DNA of 56,313 bases, from contig CAUYUJ010000097.1 of NCBI GenBank assembly GCA_963575745.1, positions 62,001 through 118,313 of the forward strand. The letters run 5' to 3'. Below, piece by piece: positions 16,863 through 28,440 of the stretch. The notes under the pieces were generated by a model. It saw only the letters and a list, made by a program, of their open reading frames with translations. It was not told the origin of the DNA and did not search any database. The first letter of the stretch is position 1. Every line of letters starts with the position of its first letter. Origin of the DNA: Prorocentrum cordatum. Lineage: Eukaryota. The translations under genes were made by a program, and so were the position numbers.

Positions 16863-17160
16863 CATGCGCCGACTTCAGTGGGGTTCTTGGCTGTCCCACC
16901 TCGTCCCGCTATGGCTAGGGGTCACAGTGCCCTCGGTGGGGGCGAACCCCAGACCTTGTGCTTGCTTGGTCTGCGTGCTAACAAGTGGGTCGTTGGGTGG
17001 TCGCGTTGTTGCGGGTCGTGTTGTGTTCGTTGTGGGCGCACTTGTAAGGCCTGCATGCACCGACTTCAAGTGGGGTTCGTGTCTGTCCCACCTCGTCCCG
17101 CTATGGTTAGGGGTCGCAGTGCCCTCGGTGGGGGCGAACCCCAGGCCTTGTGCTTGCTTT
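16863..17160. repeat. Two ~105-bp direct repeats in the LINE 3' region
   Basis: 16863-16968 and 17054-17159 are highly similar. Confidence 0.85.
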
Positions 17161-17899
17161 TGCTGTCGGTAGGGGTCGTCTCGGCTGTCCTTTGCTCCGC
17201 CGCTAGGGCGCTCGGGTAAGCTCCAACTCCGCTATGGGAATGGTGGGGGCGGCGAGCTAGGGCGGACCGCGGGGGCGCGGGTAGTGGCCGTCCTACCCCC
17301 CTCCCCTGCCCCTCACCATCCCCCTTGGCAGGCGCGGGCAGTACTCGTCCTGCCCCCCCGCCATTCGAGCCCGTCTCGACGTTTGATCCTTGCCTCACCA
17401 GGACAGCCTCGACATGCACGCGTGCTGGTTGTGTGTTGTTCGTTTTCATTACCATTGTCCGTGTCGGACGTTGCGTTTGTTAAGCAGCTTAAACGGTTGT
17501 GCAATGGTATTTGTGGAGGTAATTGGGGCTGTGTGGGTTGCATTCGTCGTCTGTGTCGGTCGAGACGTTGCTCGTCTTGTATGTGTCGTGCGGTGGCTTC
17601 GTCGGTGCGGTCTGCGCTCTTTGTGTCGTAGCCGCCCTTCTCGTCTTCATGCGTGCCGTTGAGGAACGTCTCCTCAATATTGTCAAATTCGCTCCAATGG
17701 AGAGCATGTGGTAGCCTTCCTGCTGGTGGATTCCAACAATTCGGCGGCTCCTTGTCAACGTGGCTCGTCGCCTGGTCGTGCTGGTCGGCGTGCTGGCTAT
17801 CATGCTGGCCTTCGTGCAAATCGCGGTGGCGGACGCAGTGGGAAACGCTGTCACCCCGCTGCTGGTCGTTGTCGTGGATGTCACGGATACCGTGCCGTC

Positions 17900-18705
17900 T
17901 CATGCCTTGGTCGCCGTGGCGCCCAGAGTCGTTGCCTTCACGCGCCAGGATGTATGGGTCGAGGTGTGCTGCGTCATGGGTGGTCAGTGGGTCAGGCGGA
18001 GTGGTTGCTGGTGTTATACCCCATCGCGCAATCATCAATATGTCCAGGGATTATGAGATGTTGGTCATCATGTTGGTGCGTTCGCCGTCGTAGTCGATGC
18101 TGTTGTTCGTCGTCATGACCCTAGTTCGAGTTCCGTTGGGGCCTGTCGCAGTGGTAATGCTGGCGGTGAGGTGACGGCTAATGTGCTGCAGCTGAGGCGT
18201 CCTCGAGGCCGTAATTCCAGGTGGGTTGGTCGGTTATGCAGTTGGATGGGCGACAAGCATAGGGGCCTGGAAGGTCTGCGAGGCGCTGGGTATCTCGGTG
18301 ATGTCCCTGAGGTCGTCGTTCATGGCCGAGATGAGGTCGTAGTCCTTCTGGCCCATGCTTGGTGTGCCCCACGGGTGGTTTATGCTTCTGCGGGATGCGA
18401 TATTCATCTCGTCGGGGTCGTAGTTCTCGACGAACCAGGTGGCTGTAGGGATGTAGGCGTAGATACCAGCGATGGTGCCCCCTGTCATATTCGCCTTTAG
18501 TATGTTGGTCTCGTCGTTAGTGAGTCGTGGCCGAGGTGGAGGCTGATGTGGATGTAATCGAGCCTTCGCAAGTTGGAGATGCAATGGGTGGTCATGTGTT
18601 GGAAGAGGTCGTTGTCTATGCGTGCGATCGCCTGCCGTGGCGCAGTATTTGGAAAAAGGGGGAGGCGGCCTGGCTGGACTGGCGCGAAGTGGAGCATATA
18701 CCCTT
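17900..18705 (-). pseudogene. Degenerate cytosine-methyltransferase-like C-terminal domain of the LINE polyprotein
   Basis: Across frameshifts it reads YMLHFA... / GGTIAGIYAYIPTATW / RRSINHPWG / MLVAHP / LDPY. These are collinear with the LHLFSG, GPPCETW, RSxxxPWG and EHP blocks I recall from dinoflagellate Dnmt-carrying LINEs. The catalytic residues are substituted. Confidence 0.5.
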
Positions 18706-18899
18706 GGTTGCTGTGGGGAGGTCTCAAGAATGGGAAGTGGCGTGACGTCGCCCTTGTGGGCTGGTTGTGCTCCGTAGGCTTGAGGTCGTCCGTCCCGTCG
18801 GTTCTTCGTAGCTACTTCCTTGTGGTGGTCGTTGTTGAAGGCGATGTGCTGGTCGGTCAGGGGCGCGCCGCACGTCGTGCGCCATGCGCGCCAAGATGT

Positions 18900-21000
18900 C
18901 CGGCACTGTCCTGGTGCTTTCAGGTGTTTGACGAGGCGTGAGTAGGAGTGAAATCCCGTCTGGCAGCATCTGCATGCCGTCCCTGTGGCCCATTGTCGGG
19001 GGTCGTCGTGGTGCTTGTGGTCTCTGCCCATGTGGATTGCCACCCCCTGCTGCGCGGCTGTGACGCTGGCGCGTTCGCGCATGTAGCAGATGTACTCTCT
19101 GGTGGGCGCCTCTGTCGTGGATCTGGCGGTCGCTGCTGCCGGCTGGTCGTATCCGATGTCGCGGTTTGCTCGGTCGGTTTCGGCGTCTTCTTGTGCGTGT
19201 CTGAGGAAGGCGTTAGCGGCAGTGCCCACTGCTGAGTTGATCTCCTTATGTCCCTCCCTCGCCCATTCGACGACGCGGTGATCGACGTGGCTGGCGGTAG
19301 TCCAACGTTCGGGCTTGAAGTAGGTTCGGGGGGAGTTGAAGTCGTTCTTGAGCAACTGCACCCACCCCCGTTTGACTGTGGCGATGTTGTCGAGGAGTCG
19401 CAGCAGAACACGTTGTGCGTGGTTTAGAAGTCGTGGGAAGTACTTGAATCGTGCGATTGACTGGTGGGTAGTGAAGTCGGGAACGCGAGTGATTGCCGTG
19501 ACTTTCTTGGTTGCGATGTTGGTGGAGGGGGGTCTTCGGTAGTCCCATGGCGACGCGGTGCGGCCCTACGTACTTGACCGCCATAAACTTCGCGTCCGTC
19601 GTCGCCATGCCGTTCCATATGTGGTGGTTGAGCGAGGGCCGAAGTGGGCAAGGCGTGGACGTACTTGATCTTCGCTTTGGCAGGGAGTCATTTCAAACTT
19701 AGAATTTGCCGCTCCAGGGATGTAACCGCTGTGGCGGATCGGTTGTCTCGAAGTCGGGTCCCGGGCCCCATGGCTGCACCAAACGTAATGGTCGTTTCCA
19801 GAGCTTTGTGTTGGTCGGTAATCTTGAGCTGGACGTCGAGGTCGGGAAGGTCGAGGGTGTTGATTCGGTCGGCTGCAAGTCGCTGCCTTCCTTTCCTGGC
19901 GTTGGCGCCGTAGAAGTTGAGGATGGCCCTGGTCTTCTCGGGGTGCGGCTTGAGACCATAGGTGAGGGCGGTCCGGCGTAGGTTAGCGGCTGGCTGCTAT
20001 AGTGGTGGCCTCGACCAGGTCTGTTGCGTCTGCTGTGGGTGTAAGTCTAGTTAGGTTGTCAACGTACGAGAGGTGCCGCAATGCGTCTCCGTCGTGGCGT
20101 TCTTTGGCGAATAAAGGGTGGGGGCAAGGAGGGATTGGATGTCCGTTGTTACTGCATTCCTGCGTCCTGGCGTCGTGGCCGATCGGATTCAGGAGCAGAG
20201 CGAAGTGCCCGTTGAAGGCGACGTCGGAGAAGGGGGCGCCCGGTCGGGTTCCAGTAGTCGGCGCTTGATGCTGGATAGCCTCGCGAGCTGTCATCCAGTT
20301 GGATGCGTGGTGGTCTGAGATCATCATCTCGCAGAGGTGGGCGTCGTCGATCTTGCTCGTGCTACTGTCTGGGCGCTGCGCGTTCTGCGTGGGGGCTGGC
20401 TGAAGCCAAGCCGGGATGTCGATCGCGTTGATGAGGTCGTCGAGCTCCGAGGGCGCGGTGGGCAGCTGCATGGTGCATTTCCTGGTCGCGGAGTGGAAGG
20501 CCCCACGCGGGTCCAAGAAGATGATGGATCCCGGTGTTCCCTTTTGCCTGCAGTCCGCCACGAAGGCCATGATAACGCGGGTGGCGGAGTCCGTGGCCAT
20601 GCGCGGTCTGGCCCCACACTGGGTGGCGTTGAGCAGAGAAGGGAGCAAGTAGTTGACCTTGGACCTTAGAAAGGACAAGTGCGTCTTGCCAACGACGTTG
20701 TTCAGTAATCTGCCTCTGTAGGAGGACTGCTTGTCGAGGGCCCCCCCCCCCCCCCTGGTACAAGTGCGTCGAAAAACCGCCCTTCGCTGCTAGTGGCTCC
20801 GTTGACTGCACCTGCGTCTTGACCAGGATGGGGCGCAGTAAGCGTGCCATAAAGCAGGAAGTAGCTGTGGCCATTTCGTCTGTTATGCCATCTGGCCCCC
20901 CCCGTCGTCCTGGTCGCGCTCCAACAAGTGTCGTCGTGAGCTGTCCAATTGTCGTGATGTTGTGAATGGCTGGGTCAGGCTTGTCGTGGTTGGTGCGTTG
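18900..21000 (-). pseudogene. LINE reverse transcriptase plus Zn finger, frameshifted
   Basis: AKGG, IIFLDPRGAFHS, GTRPGAPFSDVAFN, YVDN (20055-20066, decayed YxDD), KYVG, CRCCQTGFHSYSRLVKHL (about 18920-18976). Confidence 0.85.
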
Positions 21001-21696
21001 GTATCATGGTCGGCGACGCCGTCGGCTGTGGTCTCCTTAGCGTGCTCGATTGATCCGTAGAACCTGAGAGCGCGGTCGGCGATGTCGGTCTTGCCGATGA
21101 GAATCTCTCCTTCAGGCGAGAGGCGCACGAGCGGAGTTAGCGGCTTCTTGGGCGGTTTCCCAGCGAAGGCGAGCAGCTTGTGGGTGTTGTTGATGATGGA
21201 GGTGTTCATGTCGCCGGCTGCGTTGTCGAGGAAGTCGTCTCTGTCCTGCTCGGCCCATATCCAGAGGACCTGGTTCGTCGAGGCCAAAATGTGGCAGGCC
21301 TGGCTGTAGACGTTCTGGCATGCTGGATATTGTAGATGTGTTGCGGCCCTACTCTAAGAGCAGATGGTGGCGGAAGTCGCCAAGGAGACGTAGCTCGGCA
21401 GGTCCAAAAGGCAATGCCCGCCGCTGGGATGTGGTAACAGGGCGTCGTTGGCTAGGATGCTGGCGAAGTATCGCGGCCTTCGTCTTGCAGTCTTCGAAGA
21501 GGGCCCGCTGCTCTTGACTATCCTGGTGGTCTTTATGGCGGCGCGCCGTGCCCGTAGCAGAGTAAATGACCTGGTCGTAATGTACGGTTTGCGTGGCGTG
21601 CGTCGGTCGCGTCGAAATACCTGCTGAGCGGTGGTGGTAATGTCTTCCGCAATGATGGCGCGGTGGTCGTTGACGGTGGCGCCCCAATTGCGTCGG

Positions 21697-22345
21697 TCAT
21701 ATCGTCGACTTTTTTTTTCTGCAGCTGGCGTCTTTCAGCTTCGATTTGTCGAGCTTTGGAGTAGTGGTAGATCTGGTGGTGTTTATATGGTACTGCATCG
21801 TGGTGCGAACTGGGGGGTGGTCGTCCTTCTTCTCGATGGTGTCGTCGCTGTCGATGCCAATCATCGTGGAACAGTCCGCGATGCAGCCCAGCATGTCGGT
21901 CTCGATGGCGGTATAGTTGATGCGGTGGGGGCCATTGTTGGAAAGCCGAGTGTGGTGGTCGCCTCCTCCGCTCTGGAACGTGCTAACTGCTGATAAGTTG
22001 TGCGAGCAGGAACTCGTGGAATCGCGTTCCGTCGTTGTCTTCTGGCTGGTGTGGGCCAACAGATCCTATAGCTGGTTAGCGGTTCCGTCCGAGCGTTGGC
22101 GTCGACCATCACCATCGATATGCTATACTTACTAGCAAGGTTGGACAGTGTGGTCCAGAAGAAATCCTTGTCGCTGGGATCTGCTGGCCGAGCGTGGGGA
22201 GCATGGCCGACGCAGATGGTCTGCTGGAACCCGGTAGCCGAGAGTTTTTGACCAATAGTAGCGTGGGGCTCTTATGGATGATGACGAAGTGGCCAGGTCG
22301 GAAATAAAATGGGGTGCCGCCGCTCCAGCCGCAGGGTTTTAATGT
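21697..22345 (-). pseudogene. APE-type endonuclease, C-terminal part
   Basis: CVGHAPH, MVDANAR, HRINY and DDHPPV motifs across frameshifts. Confidence 0.75.
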
Positions 22346-22615
22346 CGGCCCGTCGTCGCGGGCTGAGGGGGGCGGGCCGTCGTCGCCTTCGTCGGTCGCC
22401 CCCTCGCGCTCGGGCTCGCGCGCCGCGGGCCATCGCTCGGCGCCGCGGCCGCGGCGGGCGCCCCGCCTGGACGCCTCGTGAAGGCGAATCAGCCTGGCAT
22501 CGGCGCCAGAGGCAACAACGGGCGCAGGCGCGCACGTCGGTCGGCGCCCTCTCTGCCGCGGGGGCGCTCGCAGAGCACCGCGGCGCCCAGCAGACCATAG
22601 ACTGACCATTCGACA

Positions 22616-24933
22616 ATGGCGACAAGCTCAAACGCAACTGGCCCCCCAATAGGTGCAAGGCCGTCTCCCTGGAGGTCACAAGTACATCAGATCGCCTACC
22701 ACAAGCGCGACTCGAGCGGCCTCGGCCAGCAGCACCAGCAGCACAGTGACCAGCAGTGCGACAACCAGAAGCCCAACAACCAGAAGCACAACGGGACCCA
22801 GCAGCACGGGCGCCAGCAGCACCGCCACCAGCAGAGCAGCAACCAACAGCACAACACCAGCTGGAAGCAAGGATCGGGATCGAGAGCGGGATCATCGCCG
22901 AGAAAGGCTACGGGAAGGGCACCGTCCAGATCACCAGCCATATCAGATGACTTCCAGTACACCCAGAAGCAGCTCGAGATCATCGACAGCGCGGTGCCTG
23001 CCACTAAAGACGGAATTGATCAACGCGAGAGTTTCTCGAACCCACCCATCGAGACTGACGTCGAGAAGTTATGGGCCATGACGAATGGGCGCGCAGGGCG
23101 ATTGGCAGACCAGGCCCACGGGGCCAGGGCAGCTCGAGTCGACGACGCCAAGATCATCAACGAGCTGCCCATTACCACGGCCATGATCATGCCCACCCTC
23201 TCGCCCGAGGAGCGCGCCGCCCACTGCCGCTCCAGCATCGCGAGCGCCCTGAAGCGGAGAAGCGCGATGCGTGAAGACACCGCCAAGCTTCAGAATGAGT
23301 CCGACGTCATAGAAGGCGACATTATGATCGCGAAGACGCTCTTGCAGGAGACGAAGGACCAGCACGGAACATCGGCCTTGCCCGACCCAGGGGCGCGCCC
23401 GATTAGCATGGAGACCGCGAAGACCAAGGACGAGAGGGGCGCGACAGGAATACCGCACGGGGCAAGGCGCCACACCCGCGAGCACGTGAACCAAAACCTC
23501 GCCACCAATACCGACTCCAACGCAACGGCCAAACCACCCACAGCCGCTCAACACCAATGACGACGCCCAAGAACTTCGCAAGGTCATACCCGACCTCGCC
23601 AAGAAGGTCGACCACCAGCAGCAGCACACGGGCATCCACCAGCACCACCTCGCCTGCCTCAGCCAAGAGCAGCGGGCCAGCCAGCAGAAGGACAGGCAGC
23701 AGGCCGAGCGCCGCGAGGAGATTAAGGTAATGCACGACAGGATGGAAGTCTTGCGCAGACTACAAGAAGCACAGCATGCAGCTGGCACAGAACGCCATGC
23801 GATCGGAATTTCAACAGCGACAGCAACGACTCCAGGAGCAGCTGCAAGCCGACAGGGCTCTAACGGAAAGGAAGCTCGACACCGAAGAGAGCAAGCCAGA
23901 GAAAACTCAAGCGGCGGCAGAGCAGGGACAGCACCTGAGGCTCGCCACCTCCAAGGACTACGAGATAATACACAAGGGGAACAACGACCGCTGGGAGGCA
24001 CGACAGCAGGAGATGGACACCGCCAGGAACGCGCTCATCACGCAGGAGGCCCAGCACCAGCAGGAGCACAACAACGCACAGCAGCGGCTGCGACAAGCAT
24101 AACACCACGCGCGACAGGGGGAGCTGGCGAGTGCGTACAACTCGCTCATAGAGAACGAACAAAGGTGCCAGCAGCAGGAGGCCAACCTCAAGCATGAGCA
24201 GCAGCAACACCTAGCAGCAGTCCAAATCTTGGCCATCTCCGAGCAAGACGTTTTCAAACACGCCAAAGGACGACTACCCGAATAATACGGATAAGTACAG
24301 GCACTACGGCAACACGCGCTCAGAGCAAAACGCGAGTACAACCAAGAGAGCGCACAGCTACTACGCACATAACAGCATATGCTGATTCAGCTTGTGATCA
24401 ACATCCAGACCAACGAGGAGAAGCGCCTGAAGGAACGGGGGGAGCTCCAGGCCGAGCTACGCCAGGCCGAGCTTCGAGGAGACGCAATCGACATCGACTT
24501 TTTGAGGGAGCTCGACACCAGGATGAGTGAGCGCGACGAGGAGGAAACCTTACGGCAAGCCGTGGCGGATTCGGAGCAGCAGCGCATCGACCGCGAGATA
24601 GAGGGCGCAATACGTTCAATCCTACCTGGACCGCACGGCCAACCTCCACAAAACATCGACACCTACATCGAGCAGCTCAGGACCATGGGGCAGGACAACG
24701 GCACCGCCAACGCCAGCACGGCCGACCCGGAAGCATGGAGCTTGCAGGACCTCGGCTTCGCCCCAAGGCCCCCGACCGCTCCGCCCCCCTCCCGCTCAAG
24801 CCGTTTCCGCCGACTCCCACCGACGCACCGCAGTGTCTCGTCCCCCTTCAACGACCGATGCGACGAAGGCGCCGATCGCCGACGATGGATACGACGCCAA
24901 ACCCGACGACAGCAGACGCGCTCCCATCCCTGA
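22616..24933 (+). pseudogene. LINE ORF1-like Gln/Glu-rich coiled-coil protein, fragmented
   Basis: ATG 22616 follows a GC-rich 5'UTR. Fragments 22616-23560, 23776-24102 and 24379-24933 have heptad-like QQE/EQR tracts. Confidence 0.55.
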
Positions 24934-26829
24934 CCTTGCCCACGACCCAGATCTCGAAGGACGCGTTTACGACTTCATTGCGCCCAGGCAAAAGATCACC
25001 AGCACCCCAATCCCGACTAAGCAGCCAGCACCACCCATTCGAGAAAGCCCATCCCCCCCCGTTCGAGCCCTATCCGCCCCACCTGAAGCGAGCACTGGAG
25101 CTGAAGACGCTCATAGGCCTGGCCCAACAAACACCGTGCTCATCGACCTCAGCGCGGACGAACACGATGAGCCCACCACCCCAAAGAAGCACCTGGTCGG
25201 CAGCATCACGCCCACACAACCGATTATCCCAATTGAGCCACCGCTACGCTTTCACACGGGCACTCCAGAGAGAGCGCGTTCAGCGCCGCCTACTCGAACA
25301 CGATCAGCCCTGAGAAGCAGCAACCGACGGGGCCGCCCAGCCAGGAAGGTCCGCATCCACGACGCAGGTGGCGGTTTCGTAGACCCAGCCGATCGAGTTG
25401 CAGCATGTGCAGATGGTGACGACGAAGGTTCGGACACCACCTTACGCCCAGCAAAATAGTTACGACAGGCCCTAATGGGGGCGCGCTGGCCCATCAGAGC
25501 AGCCCAACGACACCAGTGCAGGAGGCCCTTGGTTGGCCCAAGTCGACCATGCGACTGAACCAGCCCGCGGTCAGCAATGCCCACTCGGCACACCGTGCAG
25601 CGACCAGCCTGACGACCCCTGCGGTGCAGGCGACTTGCAGCAGCGTTACGTCATCACCTCCACCTTCGCTTCCACTAAGGAAGCCCGACTCTGCCAGCTC
25701 CGACAGGCTGATACCCGCTTTGGGGATAGCGGGCCAGCCTAATGAACGACTTAAGCAGCAGCCCACCGCTTCGACGCCTCATTCAAACAATAGCTAAAAG
25801 CCCAAAATAACACCAGCCCTTCCTCATTTCAATATCTCAGCTGCCAGACAGGTCAGACGCCCGCCAAGTGGGAGATCTACTTGCGCGGAGAGCGCGACCC
25901 GCCAACAACGACGGCCAGACTCGGGAGCATCCCTCCAGCTAGTCAACACGACTCCGTGCTTGCTGCAGGTGGTCCACCAACCCGCACCAGGAAGGTACCA
26001 TTCAAGACGCCGTCACCACCGAGGGCGAAACCAGGTTCACCTACGGACGCAGAATCATAGTCTAGTGTTACTCCGTCTAGGCCTGACCGACCTAGCCCGA
26101 AGTCACGGCAGAAGCGACTAGCCATGTTGGCTCGAAGGCGCAACCACTGCACGACGAATGCATCCACGAAGCGGCCGACGCAAGATACGGCAGCCACTGC
26201 TCCTCTGTTCCCATGGCCGCCTTCGACAACATCGAGGCGACCTTTCTGGACGACCACAACCTCCAGGACGAGCACGACGGCACCAGTCCCGACGATGACT
26301 CTTCCACGAAGAGCAATGACCATGGTCTCAACGACACGATCGCCCGACGACGCTTTGCACGAGTCCAAAGACGTCTTTGCCAGCATCGAATACCTACCTA
26401 CTTGTCAACGTCCAATCGTTTCGACGCCTTACAGGACTCTGACGACAACCATCAAGCAAAACCTTCGCCGGCAGTCATGGAAGCAACCCCTGATGCCGGA
26501 GTACTTTACCATCGCCGCGAACGAATCCCCAAGCCATCAACTACCAGTCCTACACCACCACCACGCCCTCAAACAGCAACCCTCTACCCCTTTCGCATCA
26601 AAGGGTCCAAGAAACTATCCAAACCAACCCCTGACGACCAGCCCTCTCTACCAGATGAGCTACCACCAGGGCACGATCTGCACTTCAATCCTAAAGCTCC
26701 CATCAAAATAACCATCAAGCACAGCACTCCACCCAGCCTGACCTTCGATTTCGACCAACGAGCGGTGATCGAAACCGCGGACTACGTTCTCCGACACTTC
26801 CCACCTCGGCCTCTACTACAACAGCACCG

Positions 26830-27075
26830 ACTCCACCTATTCACCGATGGCTCCAAGAACCCGAAGAAGGCTGCACTACGGTTGCGACAGACAACTCACT
26901 GGGGGCCTTCAACCTTGCCATTCGCCAAGCCTTCACCGACCATGACGTCGACCTCGTCAAGACCCTCTGCATATTTTACGACATCGTGCAGGACCGACTC
27001 GAGCTTCGGCATGTCCACGCTCACGAGCACAACCCTTGGAACGAACTAGCCGACGCAGCCGCCAACCACGCCCGC
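26830..27075 (+). pseudogene. RNase H domain, internally deleted and frameshifted
   Basis: LFTDGS (26837-26854) and HVHAHEHNPWNELADAAA (27010-27063). Confidence 0.8.
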
Positions 27076-27289
27076 CATCAACCAGTTGATCATCCCCGGC
27101 CCGTGTGGAGCGCTACCATGGACGGAGCCAACCAGAGGGACTGGGAGTTCCTCATCAATGCCGACGACAACACCAAAAGAGCATACCCGACGCTCATGCA
27201 CGACCGCCCCCACGCACCTACAATTCCGACGACAGCCACCCCGAGACATATCCACCGAGACCCTGACATGAAGAAGCGAGAGGTAGAGG

Positions 27290-27550
27290 TAGCCATCACC
27301 TTCGCCACCTACAACATTCAGACTGGACGAGAACCGAGACCTGGTGCAAGTAAGAGGCGCGAAGATATATCCCGTCTAAAAAAGGTCATGGCCGCCATTT
27401 ACGACGACGACATCCACATCATCGGCATCCAGGAGGCCCGCACTGTCTTCGGCACCAGGGATTCGACCGACGCCGCATGCGTTGGACCAACAACTACGAC
27501 GTCATCGCCAGCGGCCACGACAACTTCAAATTGGGATGCGAATTGCATGT
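27290..27550 (+). pseudogene. APE-type endonuclease, N-terminal part
   Basis: TFATYNIQ, IIGIQEAR and LGCELHV, ending exactly at the right TSD. Confidence 0.8.
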
Positions 27551-27859
27551 CCCATCCACCTCCTCCTCCTCCTCCTCCTCCTCCTCCTCCTCCTCCTCCT
27601 CCTGTCGCCCACGGTCCCAGGGGAGACCGTCCACCCGCGACGTCATGGTCATGGTCATTGCGTTCCTTCCCTCGAGGAGCCCAGGTACGTGGCTGCCCTG
27701 GCGCTGCTCGTCTGCGGCCTGCGGGGCGCCCCGTGCTGCCCCGTCGGAGCTCGGCGGGGCACGGAACTCTCCCGAGAGCCGGGTTTCTTGCGGTTGCTTC
27801 ACGCTGGTCGCTTCCGCCCGCTTTCGAGCCCTGGGGCCTTCCCAGGTCGACCCGAGGCC

Positions 27860-27982
27860 AGCAGAAATGCGGCAGAAAGATGGGGTTTGGGGCTCGGGGC
27901 AATGCAGCAGACATCCAGCAGAAATGCAGCAGAAACCCAGCAGACATCCAGCGGAAATGCAGCAGACATGCAGCAGAAAGAT
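27860..27982. repeat. 11-bp minisatellite (GCAGAAATGCA-like)
   Basis: Direct reading. Confidence 0.7.
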
Positions 27983-28099
27983 GCGCGTGATTCCCCGCGA
28001 TGTTGCAGTTTTCGCCGGACCCTCCGTTGTTGGGTTTGCGTTTTGAAATCTAGAGCACTGTGGTCGCGTCCTCCTTCCCGCCCCCTTCCCGCCTTCCCC

Positions 28100-28440
28100 C
28101 GACCTCGCCATCCCTGTGGGGCTGCGATCTGCGAAACCGTCGCCGCTTTCGAGGGCTGATGGGCGGGCTAGCACATTGGAGCCCCATTCGGATTCAGATT
28201 TGACCTCGGCATCCCTGGGGGGCTGCGATCTGCGAAACTGTCGGCACTTGGGGCCAGCGCAGTGCGGCCCCATTCGGATTCTGATTCGACCTCGCCATCC
28301 CTGGGGTGCTGCGATCTGCGAAACGGTCGCCACTTTCGAGGGCTGCTTTGGGGCCCAGCATAGTGGGGGTCTTACGCAGATTATGATTCGACCCCTCCAT
28401 CCATGAGGGGGGAAACGATCCGCGAAACTGTCGGCACTGG
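28100..28440 (+). repeat. Four ~90-100-bp tandem units
   Basis: Core gacctcgccatccct..ggggctgcgatctgcgaaac.gtcg at about 28100, 28202, 28288 and 28390. The same core occurs reverse-complemented at 48345-48660. Confidence 0.75.

Larger units (their letters stand above)
15656..27550 (-). mobile_element. Full-length degenerate non-LTR retrotransposon (LINE) with inverted 5' half and 12-bp TSD
   Basis: Direct repeat CCCATCCACCTC at 15644-15655 and 27551-27562. The 3' end reads ...GCAAAA on the minus strand. EN(C)-RT-ZnF-MTase-like lies on minus (22345 to about 17900), and 5'UTR-ORF1-RNase H-EN(N) lies on plus (22346-27550). Confidence 0.85.

Noticed and set aside
28100..28440. CRISPR-like repeat-spacer pattern (also 48345-48660 and 29490-29645)
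   Set aside because: The spacers are homologous to each other, there are no cas genes, and the context is eukaryotic.
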